Source: Candidatus Woesearchaeota archaeon (GTDB lineage Archaea > Nanobdellota > Nanobdellia > Pacearchaeales > GW2011-AR1). From it: a DNA stretch of 64,000 nucleotides. The stretch spans positions 8,248-72,247 of the forward strand of contig CAZGIL010000001.1 of the NCBI GenBank assembly GCA_964526265.1, given 5' to 3'. The translations under genes were made by a program, and so were the position numbers. Below, one piece after another: positions 40,464-49,684 of the stretch. How positions within the stretch are numbered: the stretch's first letter is position 1; each line of letters begins with the position of its first letter. Below the pieces are notes generated by a model that worked only from the letters and a program-made list of their open reading frames with translations, made no database searches and was not told the origin of the DNA.

Positions 40464-40517
40464 ATAGGTTCTTTTTTATTTTTATTTTTTAGTTGAATCG
40501 TTTTAAATACAAAAAAC

Positions 40518-41393
40518 TTATCTAAATACTTTTCCAGGTAACCTTATACTCTTTGCCTTTTTCATTCCTTTTTGTAAATCTTCCGGGGCATATAATAACT
40601 TATTTTCAGAAGACATTCCCGAGAAAAAGAAAGCTCTTTTAGCCCCCATATAAACATGTGTGCTTGGAGAATTTAGCAACCTCGCAATCATCTCTCTTCC
40701 CTGCGTCTTATCGGATTTAAACAAAGCTTGTAAAGCATAATCTAAACAAACATAACCCCAACCAAGCAAATCCTCTTTCTTTTTATCTCCACATCCAAAA
40801 TATCCAATTGCTTCATAAGCCTCCAATTCAGAAACTAAATTTTCACAGGCGTCTCTTAATCGAAAACCTATCCCCCGACCACCAATACGAGATAAAGAAT
40901 CTGCAATTCTCGCTCTAATCCACATATCTTTTTCATCAAATAATCTTTCCAACAATCTTCCAGAGACAAATTCCGCTTCCTTTCCCATGTCCCCCAAAGA
41001 ATCTACCGCCTGAGAACGCATTTCTGTATTAACATCATGCGTAGCTACTTCTAATAGTTCGGGTATGGAGGGAGAATAATTTATCATTCCAAGCAACATT
41101 GCATCATAAATTCTTCCCCCCGGACAAAAACCCCCGTAACGTGTTTTTATTAAATCCTTTTTCAAAGGGAGACTTTCATCTAAAAGAGTTTTTCTTAAGA
41201 GAGGAGCTTGCTCCCTTGCATGAAAATCATCGAACATTAAATTAATTGAACGATAAATATCGTCATAACTGGGTTTAATTGGAATAAAAAGCCCCCTAAA
41301 ATTTCTCTCAAAAGATACTCCAAATCGAAAGAACTCATCAAGTTCTGTTATGTTAGAAAGGGTATTCAGGGCAGAAACTTCTTCTAATCTCAT
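40518..41393 (-). CDS. HEAT-repeat protein
   Basis: D....MRSQAVDSLGDMG and D..IRARIADSLSRIG repeats. Confidence 0.65.
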   Translation of the reverse strand: MRLEEVSALNTLSNITELDEFFRFGVSFERNFRGLFIPIKPSYDDIYRSINLMFDDFHAREQAPLLRKTLLDESLPLKKDLIKTRYGGFCPGGRIYDAMLLGMINYSPSIPELLEVATHDVNTEMRSQAVDSLGDMGKEAEFVSGRLLERLFDEKDMWIRARIADSLSRIGGRGIGFRLRDACENLVSELEAYEAIGYFGCGDKKKEDLLGWGYVCLDYALQALFKSDKTQGREMIARLLNSPSTHVYMGAKRAFFFSGMSSENKLLYAPEDLQKGMKKAKSIRLPGKVFR

Positions 41394-41445
41394 AAAAGAC
41401 AATTTTAATAAGAATATTTAAATATTCATATACTCAACTAAAATT

Positions 41446-41742
41446 ATGTTTATAAAGATAATAAAATCCTGCAGAGATGTTGTCGCTGCTTGTGATAAAA
41501 AACTTCTCGGAAAAATCTTTGAGGAAGGCAACTTCCAGCTTAATCTAAAGGAATCCTTTTACAAGGGAGAGGAAGTAGATGAAGAAAAAGCAATAAAGAT
41601 ACTGCAAGATATGATTCGAGAAGATGCAACATTCAATCTCGCGGGGGAAAAAACAATAAACGCTGCGCTCAAAGCAGGAATAATAACTGAAGAAAACATA
41701 GGAAAGATTGCGGGCATTCCTTACTCATTAATTCTACTGTGA
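41446..41742 (+). CDS. DUF424 family protein
   Basis: VVAACD..LLGK.F, FY.G, A..NL.G. Confidence 0.85.
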   Translation: MFIKIIKSCRDVVAACDKKLLGKIFEEGNFQLNLKESFYKGEEVDEEKAIKILQDMIREDATFNLAGEKTINAALKAGIITEENIGKIAGIPYSLILL

Positions 41743-41775
41743 TAGTTTTATAAAACCCCGCCCATTTAATTTTTT

Positions 41776-42135
41776 ATGGTTATATATAAAGACCACAACA
41801 AGAAAAACTCAAGAAATAAACCCAGAGCAAATGAAATCCCAGAACAAGTTACGAGAGTAAGACTTCCAAGAGGAAGGGAAGTAATCGGAATTATAGAACA
41901 AAGATACGGAGGAAACAAAATGCTTGTAAGCTGTCTGGATGGAAAAGAAAGAAACTGCAGAGTTCCTGGAAGATTAAAGAGGGGTTTATGGCTCCGTCCG
42001 GGAGATGTAGTAATTGTAGAGCCTTGGGAGCTAGATGCAGAAAAGAAAGCAGACGTTTTATTCAAATATCGTCCAAATCAGGTGGAGTGGTTAAAAAGAA
42101 ACGGCTATCTAAAAAGAGATAAAGAAGAATTCTAA
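41776..42135 (+). CDS. eif1a: Translation initiation factor aIF-1A
   Basis: C.DGKER.CRVPGRLK..LW.RPGD.V.VEPW. Confidence 0.95.
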   Translation: MVIYKDHNKKNSRNKPRANEIPEQVTRVRLPRGREVIGIIEQRYGGNKMLVSCLDGKERNCRVPGRLKRGLWLRPGDVVIVEPWELDAEKKADVLFKYRPNQVEWLKRNGYLKRDKEEF

Positions 42136-42136
42136 A

Positions 42137-42658
42137 ATGAAAACCCTTATTGCAGACAAACCAGTAAGAATCTTAAAAGCAAAGAAACAACTTGAAAAGA
42201 AGTTAAACCTTAAAATAGGAATTGAGGGAAATAAAGTTACAATTGACGGAAAACCAGAAGATGAATACCTTGGAGAAAAAGTTTTAGAAGCTTTTGATTT
42301 TGGATTCCCTTTTTCTGACGCGATACGAATCTCAGAGGAATTAAATATTTTTGAAGTGATAAACATAAAAGAACACACCCACAGGAAAGACTTAAAAGTG
42401 ATAAGAGCGAGAATTATCGGAAGAGGGGGGAAAACTCTTAAAGTTATGAGGGATTTAACAGATTGCGCTTTCGAGATAAAAGATAATGAAGTAGGAATTA
42501 TTGGAAAAGCGGAAAATATGCCCAATGGAAAAAGCGCAGTTTTGAGTGTAATTCGAGGAGCAAAACAAGCTGACGTTTATAGTTACCTAGAAAAACACAG
42601 GATTGCTCCAGTAGACGATTGGGGATTAAAGGACGAAAAAGATAAAGAGAACCTTTAA
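42137..42658 (+). CDS. KH-domain RNA-processing protein (Dim2/Pno1/Krr1-like)
   Basis: GF....A, RARIIGRGGKT, G.K...VY.YLE. Confidence 0.88.
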   Translation: MKTLIADKPVRILKAKKQLEKKLNLKIGIEGNKVTIDGKPEDEYLGEKVLEAFDFGFPFSDAIRISEELNIFEVINIKEHTHRKDLKVIRARIIGRGGKTLKVMRDLTDCAFEIKDNEVGIIGKAENMPNGKSAVLSVIRGAKQADVYSYLEKHRIAPVDDWGLKDEKDKENL

Positions 42659-42684
42659 AAATAATCTAAGTTTCTCATTTTTAA

Positions 42685-42827
42685 GTCCCGGTAGCTCAGA
42701 CTTTTCCGATCCTTAAAAAGTGAGGAAGGGAGCAATTGGTAGAGCACATGACTGTTAAAAGTTATATTCTACTATGGTAGGCCTTTGAGAAATCATGGGG
42801 TCAGAGGTTCGAGTCCTCTCCGGGACG
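42685..42827 (+). tRNA. tRNA-Asn(GTT) with two introns: 15/16 (42700-42735) and 37/38 (42758-42791)
   Basis: GTCCCGG/CCGGGAC-G acceptor. Removing both introns gives a canonical 73-nt tRNA (D-loop AGTTGGTA; CATGA-CTGTTAA-TCATG). Confidence 0.88.
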
Positions 42828-42909
42828 TAATCTTTTTACAGTGTTTTGAATATCAAAGATTATTCTATACTACATATAAAATTAAAAACCTTGTAAAATA
42901 AGTATAATT

Positions 42910-43329
42910 ATGTTAACTCATGATTTAAAACGTGAAGCAGATGCTTGGTGTGGAGCAATGGTTTCTAGTAGAATTGCTGGTGCTCTTGAAAGATTAGAAG
43001 AAGGAAGAACATCATTAGAAGGTGACAAAGAATTATTGTCACAAGGTTTAGAAATTATAACGTCAATAATAGACCATCATACAAGTTTATTTGGAGGCAA
43101 ATTTGTCTTTACCCCAATAATAAAAATGGACGCACTCCGCGAAGTAATAGGCATAACTGAAGATACCCCAAGAAAATTAGGAAATTATAACGCATGTATT
43201 AGATATGCATTAAGAAGAGAAGTTCATCCTGAAATAACAAGAACTAAAGAATTTTTTGACAAGTACAGCACATTTTGTTCGTCCAGATTATCACATTCTC
43301 ATGGAGAACATTTAGTAGACGCTGCATAA
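42910..43329 (+). CDS. Hypothetical protein
   Basis: 139-aa ORF downstream of tRNA-Asn. Confidence 0.55.
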   Translation: MLTHDLKREADAWCGAMVSSRIAGALERLEEGRTSLEGDKELLSQGLEIITSIIDHHTSLFGGKFVFTPIIKMDALREVIGITEDTPRKLGNYNACIRYALRREVHPEITRTKEFFDKYSTFCSSRLSHSHGEHLVDAA

Positions 43330-43376
43330 GGACAGTATTTCAAAAGATTTTTATACCAATACTACCTGACTAATTT

Positions 43377-43934
43377 ATGGATTTAGATAAAGCAATCCAG
43401 TCAAGAAAGAGTGTTAGGAAATTCACAAGCAGAGTTCCAGACTGGAAAAAGATAGTAGAATGTATTGATGCTGCCAGATACGCTCCTTGTGCAGGAAATA
43501 ACTTCACAACAAAATTTATTCTAGTTGACGATAAAGAAATAATTGAAAGTCTTGCAGGATGCTGCCAACAGGATTTCATCGCACAAGCGCATTACGTTGT
43601 TGTGGTTTGTTCAGATACTGCAAGAACAATGAATGCTTACGGAAAGGAAAGAGGAGAAAGATACTGTAGACAGCAAGCAGGGGCAGCAATTGAAAACTTC
43701 CTCCTTAAAATACAAGAAAAAGGACTTTCAACTTGCTGGGTTGGACACTTTCCGGATGAAATGGCAAAAAGAGAACTAAAAATTCCAGAAGAGGTAATGA
43801 TTGAAGCAATCTTTCCCGTTGGATATGAATTTGGAAAACAGAAAGAAAGGAAAAAAGCAAGTATGGATTCAATAATCTTCTTTAACAAATATAAGAATAA
43901 AAAGATGGGTAAAAAAGAAAGTATTAATGCCTAA
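43377..43934 (+). CDS. Nitroreductase family protein
   Basis: RKSVRKF, AP.AGN, A.ENFLL....GL.TCWVG. Confidence 0.9.
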   Translation: MDLDKAIQSRKSVRKFTSRVPDWKKIVECIDAARYAPCAGNNFTTKFILVDDKEIIESLAGCCQQDFIAQAHYVVVVCSDTARTMNAYGKERGERYCRQQAGAAIENFLLKIQEKGLSTCWVGHFPDEMAKRELKIPEEVMIEAIFPVGYEFGKQKERKKASMDSIIFFNKYKNKKMGKKESINA

Positions 43935-43937
43935 AAG

Positions 43938-44150
43938 ATGTGCATCGATACAACCCCTTTAATAATTAAAATATCTCAATCAATTATTGTCCCATTAATA
44001 GTCCTAATAATTTTTGTAATAAAGGGATTCATAAAAAAAGATTTTAAAAGAAACTTAAAGACATGGACGATAATAATAACTATTACCCTTCTGGTTTCAG
44101 TCTATGTGAGGATTATTTGGTATCCTTCTGCATTTTTTAATTGCGTATAA
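43938..44150 (+). CDS. Small 2-TM protein
   Basis: Two hydrophobic segments; 3 nt after the nitroreductase stop. Confidence 0.5.
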   Translation: MCIDTTPLIIKISQSIIVPLIVLIIFVIKGFIKKDFKRNLKTWTIIITITLLVSVYVRIIWYPSAFFNCV

Positions 44151-44180
44151 AAAAATAAGAACCGGGGGTTTCCCCCCCAG
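44148..44180 (-). terminator. Hairpin + U-tract downstream of ftsZ
   Basis: Minus strand reads CTGGGGGG-GAAA-CCCCCGG followed by TTCTTATTTTTTT. Confidence 0.6.
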
Positions 44181-44193
44181 TCTTTTTAAAAAA

Positions 44194-45270
44194 TTAAAAT
44201 ACATCTATTCCCAAGTCAGACATCTGTCTTGTAGCAACGAAATTGTCTTGTTCTATCTCCTTTCCCAAAACGTAAGGGGATTTAACTCCAGTCATAATTG
44301 TAATGACCCTAACTCTTCCAACAAAATCCTTGCTAATTCTAGCTCCAATAATAACCTGAGCATCATTGCTCAAATTTTCTGAAACCAGCTTTCCGATACT
44401 GTCAAACTCTTCAAGCTTCAAATCCGGACCACAGGTTATGTGTATCAAAGCTCCAGTAGCACCCTGATAATCCACGTCAAGTAGAGGATGTGTCAGCGCC
44501 TGCTTTACAGCTTCAGTCACACGGTCTGTAGCGTTAGATTCACCGATACCAATAACCGCAACACCACCGTTCTTCATTATCGCAGAAACATCTGCATAGT
44601 CCAAGTTAATTAAACTTGGAAGAGTAATTGTTTCTACAATACCCTTAACCATGGTACTTACTAGTTCATTAGCAACAGCAAAAGCTTGTTCTATTGGCAA
44701 CTGCCCAGCAATATCAACCAATCTTCCGTTATCAAGAACGATGCAAGTATCAGTTACCTCTCTTAGCTCCTGTAAACCAAATTCTGCCTTATCGATTCTT
44801 GCTTTCTCTGCCTCAAACGGCATAGTAACAACGCCAATAACAACAGCACCAGTTTCCTTAGCTAGTCTAGCAACTTCTGGAGCGGCTCCAGTTCCTGTTC
44901 CACCACCCATTCCGGCGATGACAAAAACCATATCCGCACCACTAACTGCCTTCTTGATTTCCGAAATTGCTTCCTTTGCAGCTTCTTTACCTCTATTAGG
45001 CATTCCACCACAACCTAACCCTCTGGTTAGTTCCTTTCCAATAAGGATTTTCTCGTCAGCTTTAGTAACACTCAGGTGTAAAGCATCCGTGTTAGCACCA
45101 TAAACTGTCGCTCCATTAACTCCTTTATTGAAAAGCCAGGTTACCATATTGCATCCGCATCCCCCACAACCAAAAACCTTAATATTAGCCTTTCCCGCTC
45201 TCAACTCATCAAAGTTTATACTATGAGTTCCTGCGTTGTCAATCGCCTCCTTTGCAAAATCTAAAACCAT
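44194..45270 (-). CDS. ftsZ: Cell division protein FtsZ
   Basis: GCGGCGCN, NTDA, GMGGGTGTG, INLDYADV; start ATG 45270 with AGGAGGT SD. Confidence 0.97.
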   Translation of the reverse strand: MVLDFAKEAIDNAGTHSINFDELRAGKANIKVFGCGGCGCNMVTWLFNKGVNGATVYGANTDALHLSVTKADEKILIGKELTRGLGCGGMPNRGKEAAKEAISEIKKAVSGADMVFVIAGMGGGTGTGAAPEVARLAKETGAVVIGVVTMPFEAEKARIDKAEFGLQELREVTDTCIVLDNGRLVDIAGQLPIEQAFAVANELVSTMVKGIVETITLPSLINLDYADVSAIMKNGGVAVIGIGESNATDRVTEAVKQALTHPLLDVDYQGATGALIHITCGPDLKLEEFDSIGKLVSENLSNDAQVIIGARISKDFVGRVRVITIMTGVKSPYVLGKEIEQDNFVATRQMSDLGIDVF

Positions 45271-45541
45271 ATATGTTTTTTTCAACCTCCTTTCAGTTAT
45301 ATTATCCTTCGCTATGCGAAAGCCCCTATTTTGGACAGCGAAATGTTTAAATAGTTCGCACACTTCCAACTATTAATCAGAAAAAAAGAGTATCACCTCT
45401 TTACATTAATATCAGTTTGCGCCAACAAATTAATATTATGAAAAAACCAGTAGATAGTTCTTTAAAAAGATTATGTTAATCAAGAGGTTAGTATTTTTCT
45501 AAAAATTTAAAAGGGCTAAATTGTATTTTATACCAATTACA

Positions 45542-46186
45542 ATGAAAAAACCAATAATTGCAACAACCCTCTCCGGATTATTTGTTAAACATGCTCCATG
45601 GGACAGAGCACATCAACTTTGGTATAAACGGGCTTCAAGAATTTTAAGAGATTCCTCACTTATTAAAAGAGGGAAGAGAAAAGAAGGATATTTTACCTCA
45701 GTGGACGAAATTATGAAAAGAATTTATCCCGAACTTTCTGAAAAAGAAAGAACAAAAATAGCAAGGGAGATGTATTTTGATATTGTTTTAAAATATATCA
45801 AACATCGCCCGCATGTAAAGAATGAAAGAGTAATAAAATACTTCAAATCCCTAAAATCAAAATATAAAATTGCACTTATAACAACGAACACCCCCGAAGC
45901 AGCAAGAAAAATCCTTCATATTGCGCATCTCGACAAGCTCTTCGATTTGGTTGAAACCTCCCCTCCTTCAGAAAAGGATGATAAGAGAAAAGTATTTGAT
46001 AGGTTTATAGCAAAGCACGGAAAACCAATTTTATATATGGGGGGCAATAGAAAAGATAGCTTTGAATATTGCAGAGAGCACGGCATAAGAGGAATCTTTG
46101 CAAACTTTGAGAATAGTAAAGCAATTTTAGGTGCAAAATCCGTTAGAAATTTGAATGAGCTAAAAGAAATTATACATAAATTATAA
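45542..46186 (+). CDS. HAD-superfamily-like protein (degenerate motif I)
   Basis: IALITTN (motif II), L..LFD, YMG; motif I reads TTLSG instead of DxDG. Confidence 0.6.
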   Translation: MKKPIIATTLSGLFVKHAPWDRAHQLWYKRASRILRDSSLIKRGKRKEGYFTSVDEIMKRIYPELSEKERTKIAREMYFDIVLKYIKHRPHVKNERVIKYFKSLKSKYKIALITTNTPEAARKILHIAHLDKLFDLVETSPPSEKDDKRKVFDRFIAKHGKPILYMGGNRKDSFEYCREHGIRGIFANFENSKAILGAKSVRNLNELKEIIHKL

Positions 46187-46193
46187 TCCTACT

Positions 46194-46769
46194 TTACAAA
46201 GATTCTTCTAATCTTTTTATCTTTTTCCAACCCTTTCTCAGCTTTTCGTTTGTCTGTTTAACAATTTCTTTTAAAAAATCATTCTCAACTAAAATTTTCC
46301 CACTTGTGCCCTTTAAGGTATTTCTAATTAAAGGAAATTCAAGTTTTTCGGTTGAATTTATTTCAAGGACAATATTTTTACCAAATGAAACAATTCCACT
46401 CCTCTTAAATCCAGAAAGCTTAGCTTTTTCATTAAGTTCATTTGCATCTTTCAAACTTCTACAAGCAACATGAATAATTAAAGGAACTAATTTAAAATTT
46501 ATCTCTTCCTTAATATTAAGTTTTTCAATTTCTTTTTTTAAAATTTCAAAAGTTATCAAATCATGGCTAACAAACCTAAACAAACCCTCTTCCTTTTTAT
46601 CCTGATCTACAATAAGAATTGCCCTTCCCGAACACGACGACGTTGTATAATAATTATCGGAAGCATTCAGCTTATCACATAACCCCAAAATCTTTTTATC
46701 CCAACTCTTCTTGGAGGATTTATCAACTTTAGAAAGAACATCTTTTTTTCTCTGATTAAATGAATTCAT
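46194..46769 (-). CDS. taw3: tRNA wybutosine-synthesis methyltransferase Taw3/TYW3
   Basis: D..I, YYTTSSCSGR, H, IIHVAC, GFKRSGI, STE.LE.P. Confidence 0.9.
   Translation of the reverse strand: MNSFNQRKKDVLSKVDKSSKKSWDKKILGLCDKLNASDNYYTTSSCSGRAILIVDQDKKEEGLFRFVSHDLITFEILKKEIEKLNIKEEINFKLVPLIIHVACRSLKDANELNEKAKLSGFKRSGIVSFGKNIVLEINSTEKLEFPLIRNTLKGTSGKILVENDFLKEIVKQTNEKLRKGWKKIKRLEESL
46302..46319 (-). repeat. 18-bp in-frame insertion unit (TLKGTS) in tyw3
   Basis: Sense ACCTTAAAGGGCACAAGT; 15/18 identical to gatC unit ACCCTAAAGGGTACCAGT, same peptide. Confidence 0.75.
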
Positions 46770-46770
46770 T

Positions 46771-47433
46771 TTATTCCTTTTCCAAAATTTCTGCCTTCAA
46801 CCCCTTTTCTAAACACAAAGCGACAAACTCTTTCGCATCCTCTTCCGTTCCCATAACACTCCCGTAATGCATAGGAATAACAAGTGAAGGCTTTATTATT
46901 GATGCCGCTTCGGAAGCCTCTTCCGGACTCATCGTAAATCTCCCTCCAACAGGAAGAAGAGCGATAAATTCCTTATCCGGTTGTTTATATCCAGTAAGCT
47001 TTTGCATTTCTGGAATAGCATCCGTATCTCCCGCATGATAAACTAAAACATCATTCATCTTTATTATATATCCAACCCATCCTTCTTCTCTTGGATGAAA
47101 TGGTTTGTCTATATTATAGGCGGGAATGGTTGAAATTTTAACACTCCCAAAATCAAGTTCTTGTCCGGGTTCAACAATTTCCATTTTAACAGGAACTTGA
47201 AAACGAGTAATCTTACTCTGGCAATCTGCCGTAGAAACAACTATCGTTCCCTCCTGCACTATCTTATTCATATCCACAAGGCTACAATGATCATAATGAC
47301 TGTGAGTAATAAGAATAATATCCGCCTTTTCCATACCCTCCTTAAGATTGTAAGGATCAATGTAGATAATCTTAGAATTTTTAATCATAAACCCTGCATG
47401 CCCCAACCACTTGATGTTAATATCTCCCTTCAT
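46771..47433 (-). CDS. Metallo-beta-lactamase fold hydrolase (UlaG-like)
   Basis: WLGHA, IDPY, THSHYDH, YHAGDT, IPMHY. Confidence 0.9.
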   Translation of the reverse strand: MKGDINIKWLGHAGFMIKNSKIIYIDPYNLKEGMEKADIILITHSHYDHCSLVDMNKIVQEGTIVVSTADCQSKITRFQVPVKMEIVEPGQELDFGSVKISTIPAYNIDKPFHPREEGWVGYIIKMNDVLVYHAGDTDAIPEMQKLTGYKQPDKEFIALLPVGGRFTMSPEEASEAASIIKPSLVIPMHYGSVMGTEEDAKEFVALCLEKGLKAEILEKE

Positions 47434-47457
47434 AAAGAGACAAAAATCGGACAGTTT

Positions 47458-48498
47458 TTAAAGATTTAGGATACGTTTCTTGAAGATTTCGAGGTCTTTT
47501 TTCATAATTCTTCCCCCCGCAGCAGGAATATGTCCCCCCCCATCCGCGTTTTTTAATCCTTTTAACGCATTTTTTAAGAGCAAATTCATATCTTCTCTCT
47601 TAGTTTGATTTCTTGCACTCAAATAAAGCATAACTTTTTCTTTTGGAGAACTCGAAACAATAATAATTATATCATCAGGGTTTTTAGAAGAAATAAGAGT
47701 AGAAATGGTAGAACCAATTTTATATTTTGGTTCAATTTGATAAAAATATAACTTCCTCTCTGGATAAAATTCGGCTAATTTTTTATAATCTCTAACATAC
47801 TTCTGTATTTCTTCTTCAACCTCTCCTCTATGTTTTTTTACCTCTTCAATTTTTCCATCTTTAATCAAATCAAATATTTTTTTCTTATCTTCATCAAAAT
47901 AAATAAGTGCACTATTAATAAAAGCTGCAATTTTACCGGGTTGAGAATTAAAGGCATCATCATAGCTCGTTTCTGGATAATTTTCCTTAACAAAATCAAA
48001 ATTTTCTCTTTTCTTAAACGAAAAATCCGAAATAATTGCCGCGCAAACTAACCATTTCCACTTTTCTTTTAATTTCTCACTAAGAAAACTATAAAGAAGA
48101 AGAGACGAACAATCCGAAGAATCTGTTTTGATTATATTCTTTTTATCTTTTAAATCTGAGTTAACAGGATGATGGTCAATCAAAAAACTATCAAATTTGC
48201 TTCTAAATTTTTCAAATCCCTCCAAATCTGCCAAATCCGCAGCGCAATCCGTAAGAAAAACCTTAGAAACTTTATTCTTTTTTATCTTATAGATAAATTT
48301 ATCGAACATACCAACCCCATAGCTTCCAAATTCAATAAAACTAACTTTTAGTCCCTTACTTTCCAATATTAACTCTAAAAACAATGCAGAAGCAATTCCA
48401 TCCAAATCTGTATGAGTTCGTATAGCAATTTTATCTTCTTCGGTTATTCCATCTAAAAAATCATCAAAATCCTTCTTACTTCCAATCAAATATTCCAT
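47458..48498 (-). CDS. DHH/DHHA1 family phosphoesterase (RecJ-like)
   Basis: HTDLDG, D, IDHH, SAR, GGGH..AAG. Confidence 0.88.
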   Translation of the reverse strand: MEYLIGSKKDFDDFLDGITEEDKIAIRTHTDLDGIASALFLELILESKGLKVSFIEFGSYGVGMFDKFIYKIKKNKVSKVFLTDCAADLADLEGFEKFRSKFDSFLIDHHPVNSDLKDKKNIIKTDSSDCSSLLLYSFLSEKLKEKWKWLVCAAIISDFSFKKRENFDFVKENYPETSYDDAFNSQPGKIAAFINSALIYFDEDKKKIFDLIKDGKIEEVKKHRGEVEEEIQKYVRDYKKLAEFYPERKLYFYQIEPKYKIGSTISTLISSKNPDDIIIIVSSSPKEKVMLYLSARNQTKREDMNLLLKNALKGLKNADGGGHIPAAGGRIMKKDLEIFKKRILNL

Positions 48499-48522
48499 AT
48501 AAGAAAAATTATTCTTGTTGTT

Positions 48523-49029
48523 TTAAGCCTTTCCCTTTTCCCAAGTCTCCATCTTCTCGCCCTTCAATTTCCTATCTAAAATCTCTAACTCTTGATAGAT
48601 TCCCTCGATTAAGTCATATTCTTTAGCTTCTTCTAAATCAACCCAAACAAATTCTGTAAGTGCACTACAAAGCCGAACTTCTCCTTTACTTGCATCTGCA
48701 TATAAACTAACAATCAAACACGGAATTTTATCCGGACGAATATAAACCATACTCGTAACATACCCAATATTTTCAATTTCTAATCCCGCCTCCTCTTTGA
48801 CTTCTCTTTTCAACAAATCCTCAAAGATATTATACCAGTGATGAGAAGTGTCTTTTTCTCTTAAAGTATAATCCAAAACCTCGAGTTTTCCTCCCGGAAC
48901 GGTCCATCTATTAGGAAACGCTTTTTCCCATTCCGCCCTCTTACAAATCAGATATTTACCCTCCTTATCCACAAGAATACCAGTAACAACAACATAATGC
49001 ATAAGATTTCTATCAATTTTATCTACCAT
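48523..49029 (-). CDS. NUDIX hydrolase
   Basis: W.VPGGKLE...REVKEEAG. Confidence 0.88.
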   Translation of the reverse strand: MVDKIDRNLMHYVVVTGILVDKEGKYLICKRAEWEKAFPNRWTVPGGKLEVLDYTLREKDTSHHWYNIFEDLLKREVKEEAGLEIENIGYVTSMVYIRPDKIPCLIVSLYADASKGEVRLCSALTEFVWVDLEEAKEYDLIEGIYQELEILDRKLKGEKMETWEKGKA

Positions 49030-49081
49030 GGAAAAACTTCATCATAATTATATTTAAATAGTTCCTCAAAAAGTTTGACTT

Positions 49082-49684
49082 ATGGAAAAAAGCATCCTCG
49101 AAACCTTCCTCTACAATCACAAACTCAAATTTAACGAGATTGAAAAACGGGTAAAACAGCGCTCAAATAAACTCGCCTATCATATTAAAAATCTTTTAGA
49201 GAAGGGTATTCTAGAAAAAGAGGGAGAGTATTACCGATTATCCGAAGTTTCAGAGACTCTAATCCCATTTATCTCTAAAAAAACCTCAGTTCTCCCAGTT
49301 ATCCTAATTGCCCTGGAAAAAGACAATAAGATATTTCTCCATCAAAGAAACAAACGCCCATTCAAAGACAAATTCTCTCTTCCCGGAGGAAGACTCATTT
49401 TAGGAGAGACTATTAAAGAAGCAACAAAAAGAATAATGAAAGAAAAGTTTAATATAAATTGTAAATTCAAAAAGACGAATTCAATCTCACTAGAACACGT
49501 AAAAAGAAAAGATAAAACTCTTCACTCTTTCCTCCTCATATTTGTAACGGCGGAAACCAAAGATAAAATAAATTTAATAAATATAGAAAAAAACAAATCA
49601 AAGATTATTACAAGCGATTATAATTTGATAAAAAATAATCTTAATAAAAAGATAGGTATTGAAGAGTTAATCACCAAAATTTAA
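49082..49684 (+). CDS. wHTH + NUDIX fusion (putative regulator)
   Basis: KFNEI...SNKLAYHI..L...G HTH; LPGG....GE....A..R..KE degenerate Nudix box. Confidence 0.75.
   Translation: MEKSILETFLYNHKLKFNEIEKRVKQRSNKLAYHIKNLLEKGILEKEGEYYRLSEVSETLIPFISKKTSVLPVILIALEKDNKIFLHQRNKRPFKDKFSLPGGRLILGETIKEATKRIMKEKFNINCKFKKTNSISLEHVKRKDKTLHSFLLIFVTAETKDKINLINIEKNKSKIITSDYNLIKNNLNKKIGIEELITKI

Noticed and set aside
42828..43329. Possible integrated island downstream of tRNA-Asn
   Set aside because: No integrase and no duplicated tRNA 3' end found.
45271..45369. Apparent N-terminal extension of FtsZ
   Set aside because: Contains the TATA box, a small leader hairpin and the SD; ATG 45270 is the better start.
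45438..45553. ATGAAAAAACCA repeated at 45438 and at the HAD-like start 45542
   Set aside because: A-rich 12-mer with no further similarity; compatible with chance.
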